Assembly (NCBI GenBank): GCA_963797495.1
Contig: CAWCPN010000002.1
Span: 3,240,520-3,304,519, forward strand
Reading direction: 5' to 3'
DNA length: 64,000 nt
Source: an uncultured Acidobacteriota bacterium
GTDB lineage: Bacteria > Acidobacteriota > Thermoanaerobaculia > UBA5066 > Gp7-AA6
Shown: positions 20,080-29,800 of the stretch, piece by piece
How the letters are laid out: each line of letters opens with the position of its first letter
How positions within the stretch are numbered: the stretch's first letter is position 1
The notes under the pieces: generated by a model
The model's database searches: none
What the model saw: the letters and a program-made list of their open reading frames with translations, nothing else
What the model was told of the DNA's origin: nothing
Program-made: the position numbers and the translations under genes

Positions 20080-21791
20080 CCCCCTTCGCGTTCGTCCCGT
20101 TGCTCGCCGCGTTCGCCGTCCCGGCGGACGCGCCTTTGGCGCCGCCGAACTTCCTGGACATCAATCCGTCGTGGTCGCCGGACGGGACACGCCTCGTGTA
20201 CCAGAGCGCCCGCCACGGAAATGCGCAGCTCTACGTCATCGGCGCCGACGGGACGGGCGAGCGCCGCCTGACGGAGAGCCTCGGCGACGACACGCACCCT
20301 TCGTGGTCGCCCGACGGCCGGTGGATCCTCTTCGACTCCAACCGCGACGGCGTCTGGAATCTCTACCTCGTCCGACCCGACGGCACCGGCCTGACGCGCC
20401 TGACGTACCGGGGCGAGGCGCCGGGGGAAGCGTTCGCGCGCCACCCGTCGTGGTCGCCGGACGGAGCGCGGATCGCGTTCGACTCCGATCGCGACGGCGA
20501 CGAGGAGATCTACGTCTGCGACGCCGACGGCGGGAACGCCCGGCGGCTGACGAGAAGCCCCGGCCCCGACGGCCACGCGGCCTGGAGCCCGGACGGGAAC
20601 GAGATCCTCTTCACCGGGACCCGAGGCGGCAACCAGGACGTCTGGATCGTCGATGCGCCGGGAGGGATTCCCCGGCGGCTGACGAGCGACACCGCCGCCG
20701 ACGGGGCCGCCCGAATGTCGCCCGACGGCCGAAAAATCGCTTTCTTCTCGGAGCGGGACGGACACGCCGAGATCTACCTCATGAACCGCGACGGCTCGAA
20801 CCCGCACAACCTCACGCGCGATGCTTCGACCGAGTACGAGCTGGCCTGGTCGCCCGACGGCGGCCGACTCGCCTACTACTCCGACGCGCCGGGCGGCCGG
20901 TTCGAGGTGTTCGTGATGGACGCCGACGGCGGCAACCGGCGGCAGGTGACCGACGCCGCATACGACAGCGCCTTCCCCCAGTGGTCGCCGGATGGGACGC
21001 GGGTGGTCTTCGGCTCCACGCGCGACGGCGACTGGGAGATCTACACGATGTCGGCCGACGGCTCGGATGCCCGGCGCCTCACGTCGAGCCCCGGCCGGGA
21101 CGCGCATCCGCAGTTCACGCCGGACGGGCTGCGGATCCTGTTTCAATCGCCGCGCGACCGGGACGCCGACGGGGAGGTCGACATCTACGTCGCCAACGCC
21201 GACGGCTCGAGCCCGAAGCGGCTGATCGGCGGCCCGGGCTTCGACGGCGTCCCGGTGCCGTCGCGCGACGGCCGGTGGCTGGCGTTCCAGCGGGGAACCC
21301 CCTCCGGCGAGAAGTTCCACTGGGAGCTGTTCGTGGCGGACATGGACGGCCGGAAGGTGCGGCCGCTGACCTCCAACGCCTGGTCGAGCCAGGTGCCGAG
21401 CTGGAGCCCCGACGGGCGGACCCTCGTCTTCCACGCGGACCCGGAGGTCCGCAACCAGCTGTTCCTGCTCGACGTGGCCACCGGGGCCGTGAAGGCCCTG
21501 CTCGCGAGCGACGCGACGGACGAAACACCGTCGTTCTCGCCCGACGGGAATTCGGTCGCGTTCGTCTCGACGCGCGACGGCAGCCGCGACCTCTACCGGC
21601 TCGACGTCGGTTCTTCGGCCGTGACGCGCCTGACCCGCGGAATGGACGTCTGGTCCCAGGCGGGATGGTCGCCGGACGGGAAGCGGCTGATCTTTTCCGC
21701 GAAGGCCGGAGGAGTCCACGACGTCTACGTCGTCGGGGTGGACGGGTCCGGATTGAAGCGGCTGACGAAGGGGGTCGAGGGGCTGCGATAA
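20076..21791 (+). CDS. PD40/TolB-like beta-propeller repeat protein (about 11 repeats)
   Basis: Repeated ..PSWSPDG.R..F.S.RDG..E(I/L)Y.. units run throughout. The short N-terminal hydrophobic segment is TPFAFVPLLAAFAVPADA. Confidence 0.8.
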   Translation: MTPFAFVPLLAAFAVPADAPLAPPNFLDINPSWSPDGTRLVYQSARHGNAQLYVIGADGTGERRLTESLGDDTHPSWSPDGRWILFDSNRDGVWNLYLVRPDGTGLTRLTYRGEAPGEAFARHPSWSPDGARIAFDSDRDGDEEIYVCDADGGNARRLTRSPGPDGHAAWSPDGNEILFTGTRGGNQDVWIVDAPGGIPRRLTSDTAADGAARMSPDGRKIAFFSERDGHAEIYLMNRDGSNPHNLTRDASTEYELAWSPDGGRLAYYSDAPGGRFEVFVMDADGGNRRQVTDAAYDSAFPQWSPDGTRVVFGSTRDGDWEIYTMSADGSDARRLTSSPGRDAHPQFTPDGLRILFQSPRDRDADGEVDIYVANADGSSPKRLIGGPGFDGVPVPSRDGRWLAFQRGTPSGEKFHWELFVADMDGRKVRPLTSNAWSSQVPSWSPDGRTLVFHADPEVRNQLFLLDVATGAVKALLASDATDETPSFSPDGNSVAFVSTRDGSRDLYRLDVGSSAVTRLTRGMDVWSQAGWSPDGKRLIFSAKAGGVHDVYVVGVDGSGLKRLTKGVEGLR

Positions 21792-21804
21792 CGGATCCGA
21801 CGCG

Positions 21805-22344
21805 CTACCTCTTCTTCGGCCCGTAGTCCCCGTCGAATGCCGTCGCCCAGGTCTTGCCACCGTCGGTGGAGGTTTCCCAGAGCTGCCGGACGTGTCCTCC
21901 GGCAATCGGCGACCACGTGATGCGGTTGCGGACGGTGCCGGCGCCCTGGGGCTTCTCGCCTTCGAGGACCATCTTCGCCCCCTGGCGTCCGCCGGTCAGC
22001 AGCAGGACGTTGCCCTTGTCGTCGACCCAGGTCTGGCTCCACCGCTTCTTCGCCGAATCCCACATGTTCAGGCTCGTCCCGCTCAGGCCGGAAGCGCCCT
22101 TCCACTCCTCGCGCACCGCGCATCCGGCGAGGATCGACGTGATCCGATTGCCCCCGGCCGTCTTTCCGGCCTCGACGACCTCCCAGTTGCCGAGCCAGAA
22201 ATCGAACTGGCGATACTCCGGGGACGTGCAGGGCTTCGGAGCGGCGGCGGTCATGGAAGCGTCCGACGGCGGCCGCACGATCGTGGTTTCGCCGACCGTC
22301 AGCGCCAGGATTCCGGCCAGGGCGGGCAGCGTCGGGAGCGCCAT
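21805..22344 (-). CDS. secreted hypothetical protein
   Basis: ATG with GAGGAGG 7 nt upstream. The signal peptide MALPTLPALAGILALTVG is followed by a conserved-looking domain, ..FDFWLGNWEV..SLNMWD..KRWSQTWVDDKGN... Confidence 0.55.
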   Translation of the reverse strand: MALPTLPALAGILALTVGETTIVRPPSDASMTAAAPKPCTSPEYRQFDFWLGNWEVVEAGKTAGGNRITSILAGCAVREEWKGASGLSGTSLNMWDSAKKRWSQTWVDDKGNVLLLTGGRQGAKMVLEGEKPQGAGTVRNRITWSPIAGGHVRQLWETSTDGGKTWATAFDGDYGPKKR

Positions 22345-22505
22345 GCGGGTTGCCTCCTCTCGTCATGGTCAGGATACGGACTCTGGGGAGGCCCTGGCCA
22401 CGGTCTTGGGACGGGACCGGTGTTCCGGCGGACGAGACGACGCGCGCACACCACGAGCGTGAGGTTGCCGGTTCGGCGCCGGGGCGGGGATGGCCCCGGC
22501 GCCTC

Positions 22506-23573
22506 CTAACGCAGTCTCCGGAAGGCGTGGGTCTTGATCGTCAGCCAGACCCGCGCCCCGGGCTCGAGGCGAAGCTCCTGCGCCGAGGCGCGCGTGAGCC
22601 GAACGGTCCAGTCGAAACCATCGGCCGCCACGCCGATCCAGGCTCCCCCGGGCGAGAGGTCGGCCGCGGCGACGCGGCCCGCGAGCACGTTGCGCGCGGA
22701 GACGTGCGCGGGAGCCTCCGTCGACACCAGGATGTCGTCGGGCGACACGGCGTAGATCGCGCGCCCGTCGGCGGCGGACGGGGAGCCCGTCGGCACGACC
22801 AGCCGCGCCTGGCCCGACCGGAGGACGGCCTTCTCGTCGCCGGCGACGCCGCTTTCGAGCTCTCCCGAGATCACGTTGTCGAACCGCGCGTCCGGATCGA
22901 CGGACGACGTCCGCATCTCGCGCAGCACCGCGGCGGTCGCTCCCTGGCGGACGAGCGCTCCGCGGCGCAGCAGCAGCGCCTCGCCGGCCATCACGGCGGC
23001 CTCGCCGGTGTTGTGGGTGACGTACACGCACGGGATGCGGAGCGTGTCGCGCACGCGCAGCAGGTAGGGGAGGATGCGCTCGCGCAGCTCGACGTCCACG
23101 GCCGCGAGCGGCTCGTCGAGCAGGAGCAGCCTCGGCCGCGTGGCGATCGCCCGGGCGAGCGCCACGCGTTGTCGCTCCCCGCCGGAGAGGCTGCCCGGAT
23201 AGCGGTCGAGGAGCGGTGCGATTTCCAGGATCCCGACGGCTTCCGTGAAGAGTCCCTCGCGCGATGCACCGCGCATGCCGAACCGGACGTTGCGCCGAAC
23301 GTCGAGGTGCGGAAAGAGGCAGGAGTCCTGGGGGACGTAGCCGATCCGCCGCCGTTCGGGAGGCATCCGGATGCCGCGCTCCGTGTCGAGGAGCACATCT
23401 CCGTCGATCGCGATGCGCCCCCGCGCGGACGGCCGCAGGCCCGCGAGGGCCTCGAGCAGGGAGGTTTTCCCCGCGCCGGACGGCCCGAGGACGGCGACGG
23501 CATCGGCCGAGAGGCGCGCCGAGATCTCCAGCGGGAATGCCGCCAGCGGCAGACTCAGGTCGAGCGTGATCAC
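22506..23573 (-). CDS. modC: molybdate ABC transporter ATP-binding protein (ABC + C-terminal TOBE)
   Basis: Walker A is GPSGAGKTS, the ABC signature is LSGGERQRVALARA and Walker B is LLLLDEP. The C-terminal domain is a TOBE (Mop) domain. Confidence 0.9.
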   Translation of the reverse strand: MITLDLSLPLAAFPLEISARLSADAVAVLGPSGAGKTSLLEALAGLRPSARGRIAIDGDVLLDTERGIRMPPERRRIGYVPQDSCLFPHLDVRRNVRFGMRGASREGLFTEAVGILEIAPLLDRYPGSLSGGERQRVALARAIATRPRLLLLDEPLAAVDVELRERILPYLLRVRDTLRIPCVYVTHNTGEAAVMAGEALLLRRGALVRQGATAAVLREMRTSSVDPDARFDNVISGELESGVAGDEKAVLRSGQARLVVPTGSPSAADGRAIYAVSPDDILVSTEAPAHVSARNVLAGRVAAADLSPGGAWIGVAADGFDWTVRLTRASAQELRLEPGARVWLTIKTHAFRRLR

Positions 23574-24247
23574 CGCGCGGCCTCCCGACGCCCGCGCCCG
23601 CCGATGAGCTCCGAGGCGAGCACGGCCGCGAAAGCGATCGCCACGGTCACCCAGACGAGCCGCATCGCCCCCGCGTCCTCTCCGATCTGGTGACGCTGGA
23701 AGATCGCGAGGGCCATGGTCTGCGTGCGGCCGGGGATGCTCCCCGCGACGATGATGGTGGCGCCGAACTCGCCGAGCGCTCGCGAAAAGGCGAGCAGGGT
23801 CCCCGTCAGGATTCCGCGGCCGGCGAGCGGCAGCGTCACGCGCCGGAACGCCTCGAACGGGCCGCAGCCGAGCGAACGCGCGATGGCCGGCAATCGGCGG
23901 TCGACTTCCTCGAAGGCCGTCCGCGCGGGGCGCACGAGGAGGGGGAAGGCCATCACCGCGGTCGCCAGCACGACCGCCTTCGTCGTGAAGAGGACCTCGA
24001 TGTCCAGTCGCTGGAGGAGGCCGCCGAGCGGGCCGCGGCGGCGTAGCGCGTCGAGGAGCAGAATTCCCACCGCCGTCGGCGGCAGGACGAGCGGCAACGA
24101 CAGGAGTGTCTCCGCGAGCGTGCGGAGCGGCCCTCCGCGCCGCGAGAGCGCCCAGCCGGCCGCGACGCCGAGAGGCAGGATGAGGGCCGTCGCGATCGCG
24201 GCGACCCGGAGTGTGAGGAGGAGAACCGAAACGTCGCCGCCGGTCAC
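23570..24247 (-). CDS. modB: molybdate ABC transporter permease
   Basis: BPD_transp_1 permease with the EAA-like loop ..ARSLGCGPFEAFRRVTLP... It overlaps both neighbours by 4 nt. Confidence 0.9.
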   Translation of the reverse strand: MTGGDVSVLLLTLRVAAIATALILPLGVAAGWALSRRGGPLRTLAETLLSLPLVLPPTAVGILLLDALRRRGPLGGLLQRLDIEVLFTTKAVVLATAVMAFPLLVRPARTAFEEVDRRLPAIARSLGCGPFEAFRRVTLPLAGRGILTGTLLAFSRALGEFGATIIVAGSIPGRTQTMALAIFQRHQIGEDAGAMRLVWVTVAIAFAAVLASELIGGRGRREAAR

Positions 24248-24990
24248 GGTGTCTCCCGGACGAGGAAGCCCTGGCGCGCGAACACCGCGCGGCCCGCGGG
24301 CGATGCGAGGAAGGTCACGAATTTCGCGGCCGCCTCCGGGTGTTTCGAGCCGGCGATCGGGGCGACGGAGTACGTGATGGCCGGTCCGTTCGGCACGCGG
24401 TAGGCGATCCGGACCTCGGGGGAGATCGCCGCGTCCGTGCTGTAGACGATTCCGGCCGGCACGTCGCCGCCCGCCACGGCGGCGAGGGCGGCTCGGACGT
24501 CGAGGGTCGGGACGACCCGCTTCTCGAGAGCGTCCCAGACGCCTTCCTGCGTCAACCAGGCCTTTGCGTAGATGCCCGCCGGGACCGCGGCCGGGTCGGC
24601 CAGCGCCAGCCGGGAGAACGCGAGGAGGTTCCGCGCCGAGTGGATCCTGGCGGCCGAGGCGTCCGGCACCACGACGACGAGAGCGTTCGACAGAAACTCC
24701 CTCCGGTCCTCCGCGCGGACGAGGCCGGTCCTCTCGAGCGCGTCCATCTTCGCCGTGTCGGCGGAGAAGAAGACGTCGGCCGGTGCGCCCGCCTCGATCT
24801 GCCGCGCGAGGTCGCTCGAGGACGCGAAGGAGAAGGTGACCTTCGTTCCGGCCCTGGCCTCGAAGTCACGTCCGGCTTCCCGGAGAGTCTCGGTGAGGCT
24901 CGCCGCGCCGAAGACGAGAATCTCCGAGGGAGGCGCCGCAATCGCGAACGCCGAGGCCAGGAGCAGGGCGCGGACCGGATTCGCTCTCAT
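24244..24990 (-). CDS. modA: molybdate-binding periplasmic protein
   Basis: Signal peptide followed by ModA-like motifs (..FGAASL..FSFASSSDLARQI..YSTDA..). Confidence 0.85.
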   Translation of the reverse strand: MRANPVRALLLASAFAIAAPPSEILVFGAASLTETLREAGRDFEARAGTKVTFSFASSSDLARQIEAGAPADVFFSADTAKMDALERTGLVRAEDRREFLSNALVVVVPDASAARIHSARNLLAFSRLALADPAAVPAGIYAKAWLTQEGVWDALEKRVVPTLDVRAALAAVAGGDVPAGIVYSTDAAISPEVRIAYRVPNGPAITYSVAPIAGSKHPEAAAKFVTFLASPAGRAVFARQGFLVRETP

Positions 24991-25006
24991 GGCGCCGCCG
25001 GCCCCA

Positions 25007-25399
25007 TCAGCCCCGGATGACCATGACCTCGGTGGCCTTGATCAGCGCGACGGCGGGGGAACCGACTTTGAGCTGGAGGTTGCGCACGGCCCCGGACGTG
25101 ATGATCGCCGTGAGCGTCTGGCCGCCGACCTCCAGCGTGACCTCCGCGAGCAGGCCCGAGATTCGGAGCTTCGTCACGACGCCGGCGAGCTTGTTGCGCC
25201 CGCTGATCGCGTCGAGGCCCGACCCGGCCGGTGCCGATCCGCCCAGGCGGGCGATCTCGGAGCGGGGGATGCGGTGGTGGCCGCCGGGCGTCTTCACCGA
25301 ACGGATCCGCTTCCGGTAGATCCACTGCTTGATCGTCGGATAGCTGACGCCCAGGGCCCGGGCGGCCTCGGCCGGCGTCAGGGCGGCGTTTCGAGCCAT
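25007..25399 (-). CDS. ModE-like transcriptional regulator (HTH_17/excisionase-type HTH + TOBE/Mop domain)
   Basis: The N-terminal HTH is LTPAEAARALGVSYPTIKQWI. The C-terminal molybdate-binding TOBE domain is ..ISGRNKLAGVVTKL..VALIKATEV... It is the first gene of the mod operon. Confidence 0.8.
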   Translation of the reverse strand: MARNAALTPAEAARALGVSYPTIKQWIYRKRIRSVKTPGGHHRIPRSEIARLGGSAPAGSGLDAISGRNKLAGVVTKLRISGLLAEVTLEVGGQTLTAIITSGAVRNLQLKVGSPAVALIKATEVMVIRG

Positions 25400-25410
25400 G
25401 CCGACGATTC

Positions 25411-25440
25411 TATACGATTCAATACGATTCTGTGCGGGGC
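25411..25440. promoter_or_regulatory. three tandem 10-bp direct repeats (CGATTCTATA / CGATTCAATA / CGATTCTGTG) in the 84-nt leader of the modE-modABC operon; putative operator
   Basis: The repeats were read directly in the intergenic sequence between the desaturase stop (25484) and the modE start (25399). Confidence 0.3.
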
Positions 25441-25483
25441 CTGCGGAGGGGGCCGGCCGGCGCGCCCGGGCGGCTTGCGCGCT

Positions 25484-26566
25484 CTACGCGGAGAGGGGCT
25501 CGGAAACCGCGATCTGCGCGTCCGGGGCTTCGCGCAGCTCCTGGCTCCCGGCCTTCGCTTCCTGAAGCTGCGCGCCGCCGGTCGGGCCTTCGCGCACGTA
25601 CCGGGTGCGCAGCGACAGCCGCGGGTCGAAGATGAACTGCAGCAACAGTCGAGTCCACGACGAGTGGTAGTGGAGCGTGTCGTAGGCCTCGGGCGCGGCG
25701 CGCTTGATCGCGGGCAGGCGGTTCCACGGGATCGAGGGGAAGTCGTGGTGCTCGTTGTGGTATCCGACGTTGAGGGCGACCGGGTTCATGGGCCCGTAGT
25801 AGTCGACCGTCTCCTGGCCCGGGAACACGATGTAGTGCTCCTGGATCCAGCGGGCGCCCAGCGGATGCAGGCCGACCGAGAACATCAGCGAGACGAAGAG
25901 GTACGCCAGCGCCTGCCAGCCGAAGAAGTAGATCAGGGCGCCGTCGTAGGCCACCTGCGCGAGAACGTTGATGACGACCCAGCGGTCGATCGGCTTCAGG
26001 ACGCGCAGCCGCGTGGGCCGCAGGGCCTGCATGATCGCGAAGAGGAAGAGCCACGCCGCCTTGCCGACGGCCGAGCGGCCGAAGAGCCGGAACTCCCAGT
26101 GGCTCGGGATGTCCGCGTCGAAGTCGTACGTCCCGAGGAAGGCGTGGTGTTTCATGTGGTAGCGCTGGAAGAAGACGGACGTCGGGGCGCCGTGCGGCAG
26201 GTTGGCGAGGATCCCGACGAGCGTGTTCTTCCCGGGGGTCTTGAAGACCAGGTTGTGCGTGATCTCGTGGATGACGACCCAGAGCGCGTGGTTGGCGAAC
26301 GCGCCGAAGGTGACCGCGACGAGACCGATCACCCACCACGGGCTCCCGGCCACCGAGGCGGCGACCGCCGTCTGCGCGGCCACGATCCCGAACGTGATCC
26401 AGAAGGTCCAGGGATTCTTGCCGACGAGGTCCCGGATCTCCGGGTGCCGGAGAATGATCGAGCGCGCGCGGCCGCCGTGGGGGTTGGGGCCTTCCGGCTC
26501 CAGAAAATCGAGCGCCCGGGTCCCGGCGGACGCCTTCTCAGGTTTTGACATCACAGTTACCGCCAC
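25484..26566 (-). CDS. membrane fatty-acid desaturase of the sphingolipid delta-4 (dihydroceramide) desaturase type
   Basis: Three His boxes are present: HEITHNL, HMKHH and HNEHH. The N-terminal Lipid_DES-like segment is ..ILRHPEIRDLVGKNPWTF... There are multiple TM helices. Confidence 0.7.
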   Translation of the reverse strand: MAVTVMSKPEKASAGTRALDFLEPEGPNPHGGRARSIILRHPEIRDLVGKNPWTFWITFGIVAAQTAVAASVAGSPWWVIGLVAVTFGAFANHALWVVIHEITHNLVFKTPGKNTLVGILANLPHGAPTSVFFQRYHMKHHAFLGTYDFDADIPSHWEFRLFGRSAVGKAAWLFLFAIMQALRPTRLRVLKPIDRWVVINVLAQVAYDGALIYFFGWQALAYLFVSLMFSVGLHPLGARWIQEHYIVFPGQETVDYYGPMNPVALNVGYHNEHHDFPSIPWNRLPAIKRAAPEAYDTLHYHSSWTRLLLQFIFDPRLSLRTRYVREGPTGGAQLQEAKAGSQELREAPDAQIAVSEPLSA

Positions 26567-26641
26567 AGCCTCTCGCGACTCGCCACCGGGAGTCCAGTCT
26601 TTTCTGGGGCCGGGTGCGGCCGATGTGGAAAACAGCGCAAA

Positions 26642-26717
26642 TGGAGCCGACGACCGGACTTGAACCGGTGACCTGCGGTTTACGAAACCGCTGCTCTACC
26701 GACTGAGCTACGTCGGC
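26642..26717 (-). tRNA. tRNA-Thr (anticodon CGU)
   Basis: Reverse complement GCCGACGUAGCUCAGUCGGUAGAGCAGCGGUUUCGUAAACCGCAGGUCACCGGUUCAAGUCCGGUCGUCGGCUCCA. The 7-bp acceptor, D, anticodon and T arms fold canonically. The anticodon loop UUCGUAA gives CGU. CCA is encoded. Confidence 0.85.
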
Positions 26718-26804
26718 TCGGGGTTCGAGCGGGGCATCTTACGGAAAGGGCGGGGGGGCGTCAAACGGCCGGCCCGTGCCGCCCGTGTCCGGAGGCCCCG
26801 GGCC

Positions 26805-29800
26805 CTAGTCGAATTTCACGGAGACGATCTTGGAGCAGCCCGGCTCTTCCATCGTCACGCCGTACATCACGTCGGCCGTCTCCATCGTGCGCTTGTTGTG
26901 CGTGATGGCGATGAACTGGGTCTCCTCGGTCATCTCGCGCAGCAGACGCGTGAACCGGTCGATGTTGGCCTCGTCGAGGGGCGCATCGACCTCGTCCAGG
27001 ATGCAGAAGGGCGAGGGCTTGTAGCGGAAGATCGCCATCAGCAGAGCGATCGCCGTCAGGGCCTTCTCGCCCCCGGAGAGCAGCAGGATCGACTGGTTCC
27101 GCTTGCCGGGCGGGTGCGCGTCGATCTCGATGCCCGACTCGAGCACGTCGGTTTCATCGAGCAGTTTCATTTCGGCCGAGCCGCCCTGGAAGAGCCGGGC
27201 AAACATGGCCTTGAAGTTCTCGTTGATCGCGTGGAACGCCTCGGCGAATCGTTCGGAGGAGGTGGCGTTGATCTTCCGGATCGATTCCTGGAGCTCGGCG
27301 ATCGATTTGAGGAGATCGTCGCGCTGGGTCGTCAGGAAGACGAGCCGCTCGGACATCTCCTTGTGCTCCTCGAAGGCCAGGACGTTGACCGGCCCCAGCC
27401 GCTCGATCGAGGCCGCCAGCTCGGCGACTTCCGTCTCGAGGGCCGCCAGGGCCTCCGGGGACGCGTCGGCGGGCGCCTCGAGCGCCTCGGGCTCGACGCC
27501 GAACTCCTCCCGGCACTGCGCGACGAGATGCTCGAGATCCGAGGCGGCGCGCGTGGCGGCGACCTCGGCCTCGAAACGGGCCTCGCGCGCGGCGTCGAGG
27601 GCGGCCCGGTCGGCCCGGGTCGCGGCTTCGGCGCCTTCGACGCGGGACACGACTTCCCGGGCGGTCTCGACCGCGGCCGAATGCTCGACGGCCTGTTTCT
27701 CGCGGTCGGCGAGGTTGGCGGTCTGGCGGGTCCGTGCCTCCGACTCCTCGTGGACGAGTTCCGCCGCCCGCGTGGCGATGCGCGCTTCTTCCTCGGTGGC
27801 CTCGGCGAGGCGCCGTTCCAGCGTCGAATGCGTCTCCCGCAGCGTGTCCCGCGCGGCCTCCATGGACCGTCGCCGCTCGGCGGCGACCTCCGCCTCCGTG
27901 CGGCGATGGGCGAGCTCGTCGCCCCGGGACTGCGCCGTCGAGCGGGCTTCGGACAGCGCGGCGGACAGAGCGCCGGTCCGGCGGTGCGCATCGTCTTCGG
28001 CCTCCGCGAGGCGACGTTCCTCGGTCTCGAGCGCCACGCGGCGCGCCCTGTGCCCGTCGGCCTCGGCGGAAAGCGCCGCGGTCTCGGCCGCGATCGTCTC
28101 GCGTTCCCGCCTCAGGCGGTCGCGCTCCGACAGCCTCTCTTCCAGACGAGCGACGAAGGCGCTGTGGGCGGCCTGCGCCGCGCGCTCGGCGTCGCGCAGC
28201 GGTGGCAGGTCCCGCTCGCGGCCCGAACGGCGGACCCGAAACTCCTCGAGCCGGGCCTCCGCCGCCTCCAGGGTCGCCCGTTGGGCCTCGAGGCGGTCCG
28301 AGAGCGAGTCTTTCTCCCGCCGCAGCGCGAAGAGCCCCGACGCCTCGGCGGCCGGCCCCGCGATGCGGACGACGGGTCCGCGAACGACCTCGCGATTCCG
28401 GGTGACGAACGTCATGCCGGGATGCTGCTCCGACAGCGAGAGCGCGTCCGGGAGACTCTCGACGAACGCCGTCGCCGGGAGTGCCGCGCGCTCGGCGGGG
28501 GAGAGCCCGGAGTGGCCTTCGATCACCGCGTCCCAGCCGAGGGCGCCCTCCGGCCTCCCGTTCGGGGCCGCGTGACGCCAGTCGGCCCGCACCATGCGGG
28601 CGGCCGAGAGGCTCCGCATCGCATCGACCGCCTGGAGGACGTCTCCCGTGGCCAGCAGCGCGTCCGAGTCTCTCCCGAGCACGAGGCCCACCGCGTCTTC
28701 CCAGCCCGCGCGGGGACGGATTCGATCGGACAGCGCGCCATGCTCGGACAGTCCGGCGCCGCGCAGAGCCTGGCGAACCTCGTTGACGCTCATCTCGCGG
28801 GCGCGCAGGGTCTCGAGCAGCGACGCCAGCCGGTGTTCGAGCGCGCCCACCGCCTGGCGGGCGGCATCCCGCCCCGCCTCGGCTTCGGCGATCCTGGCGG
28901 CGAGCCCGGCGATCTCTCCCTCGGCGGCCGTCACGCGCCCGCTCGCCTCGGCGGCGGCCGCCCGCAGTCGTTCGGCCTCGCGCTCGGCCTCGCCGGCCTC
29001 CCTCTCCCGCCCTGCGAGCTCCTCGGCGATCCGCGCCCCGGTTTCGGCCAGGCGGGACAGCGACGCCGCGATGCGCTCGGCCGCGAGGTCCACCTCGTGC
29101 CGGGCGTTGCGCGCGCCGACCCGCTCCCCGGCGGCGTTGAGCGCGCGGGTCCGGGTCTCTTCCAGTTCGCGTTCGAGCGCGTCGGAGGCGTCCGCGGCTT
29201 CGGAGGCGAGTCGGTCGGCCTCCTCGCGAGCGAGCGACTTGGCGCGCGCCTCGGCGACCGTCCGTTCGAGGCGCTCCTGGAGGTCCGCGAGGTCCCGCGC
29301 CGCGCGCGTCTGCTCGGAGGCGAAGTCGCGGCCTTCGCGCTCGAGGGCGCCGCGGCGGGCGGCCAGGTCCATGGCCGCGCGCCGGTTGGCGTCCAGCAGC
29401 GCGTCGTCGCGGGCGATCGAAGCTTCGAGGGACGCCAGGGCTTCACGCAGCGAATCGCGCCGGGCGAAGGCCTCTCCCGCCTCCAGGCGCGCCTGGGTGA
29501 GGGCGGCCTCGGCGCGGGCCAGTACCGCCGCGGCCTCGGCTTCGCGGTCGCGCCGCTCGTCCCGCAGCCGCTCGCTCCCGGACAGCGTCTCGCGGAGGGC
29601 GTCGCCGCGGACCCGGGTCAGCGAGGCCTTGCGCCGCCGGAGGATCTCGGTCTGTTCCTTGTACCGCGCGGCGCGGGAGGCCTGCCGTCTCAACGAGGCC
29701 ACGTTCTTTTCGATCTCGCCGACGATGTCGGAGAGACGGAGCAGGTTGCCGCGCGTCTCCTCGAGCTTGCCCTCGGCGAGGCGTTTCTTGAGCTTGTACT

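Noticed and set aside
15023-20164. 1713-aa minus-strand giant ORF
   Set aside because: It is a composite. Only short segments coincide with real genes (the hydrolase C-terminus and the HK1 N-terminus). The rest is low-complexity read-through across other genes' frames.
19575-21905. 776-aa minus-strand ORF opposite the PD40 propeller gene
   Set aside because: Antisense, low complexity, no domain. The plus strand carries 11 clean PD40 repeats.
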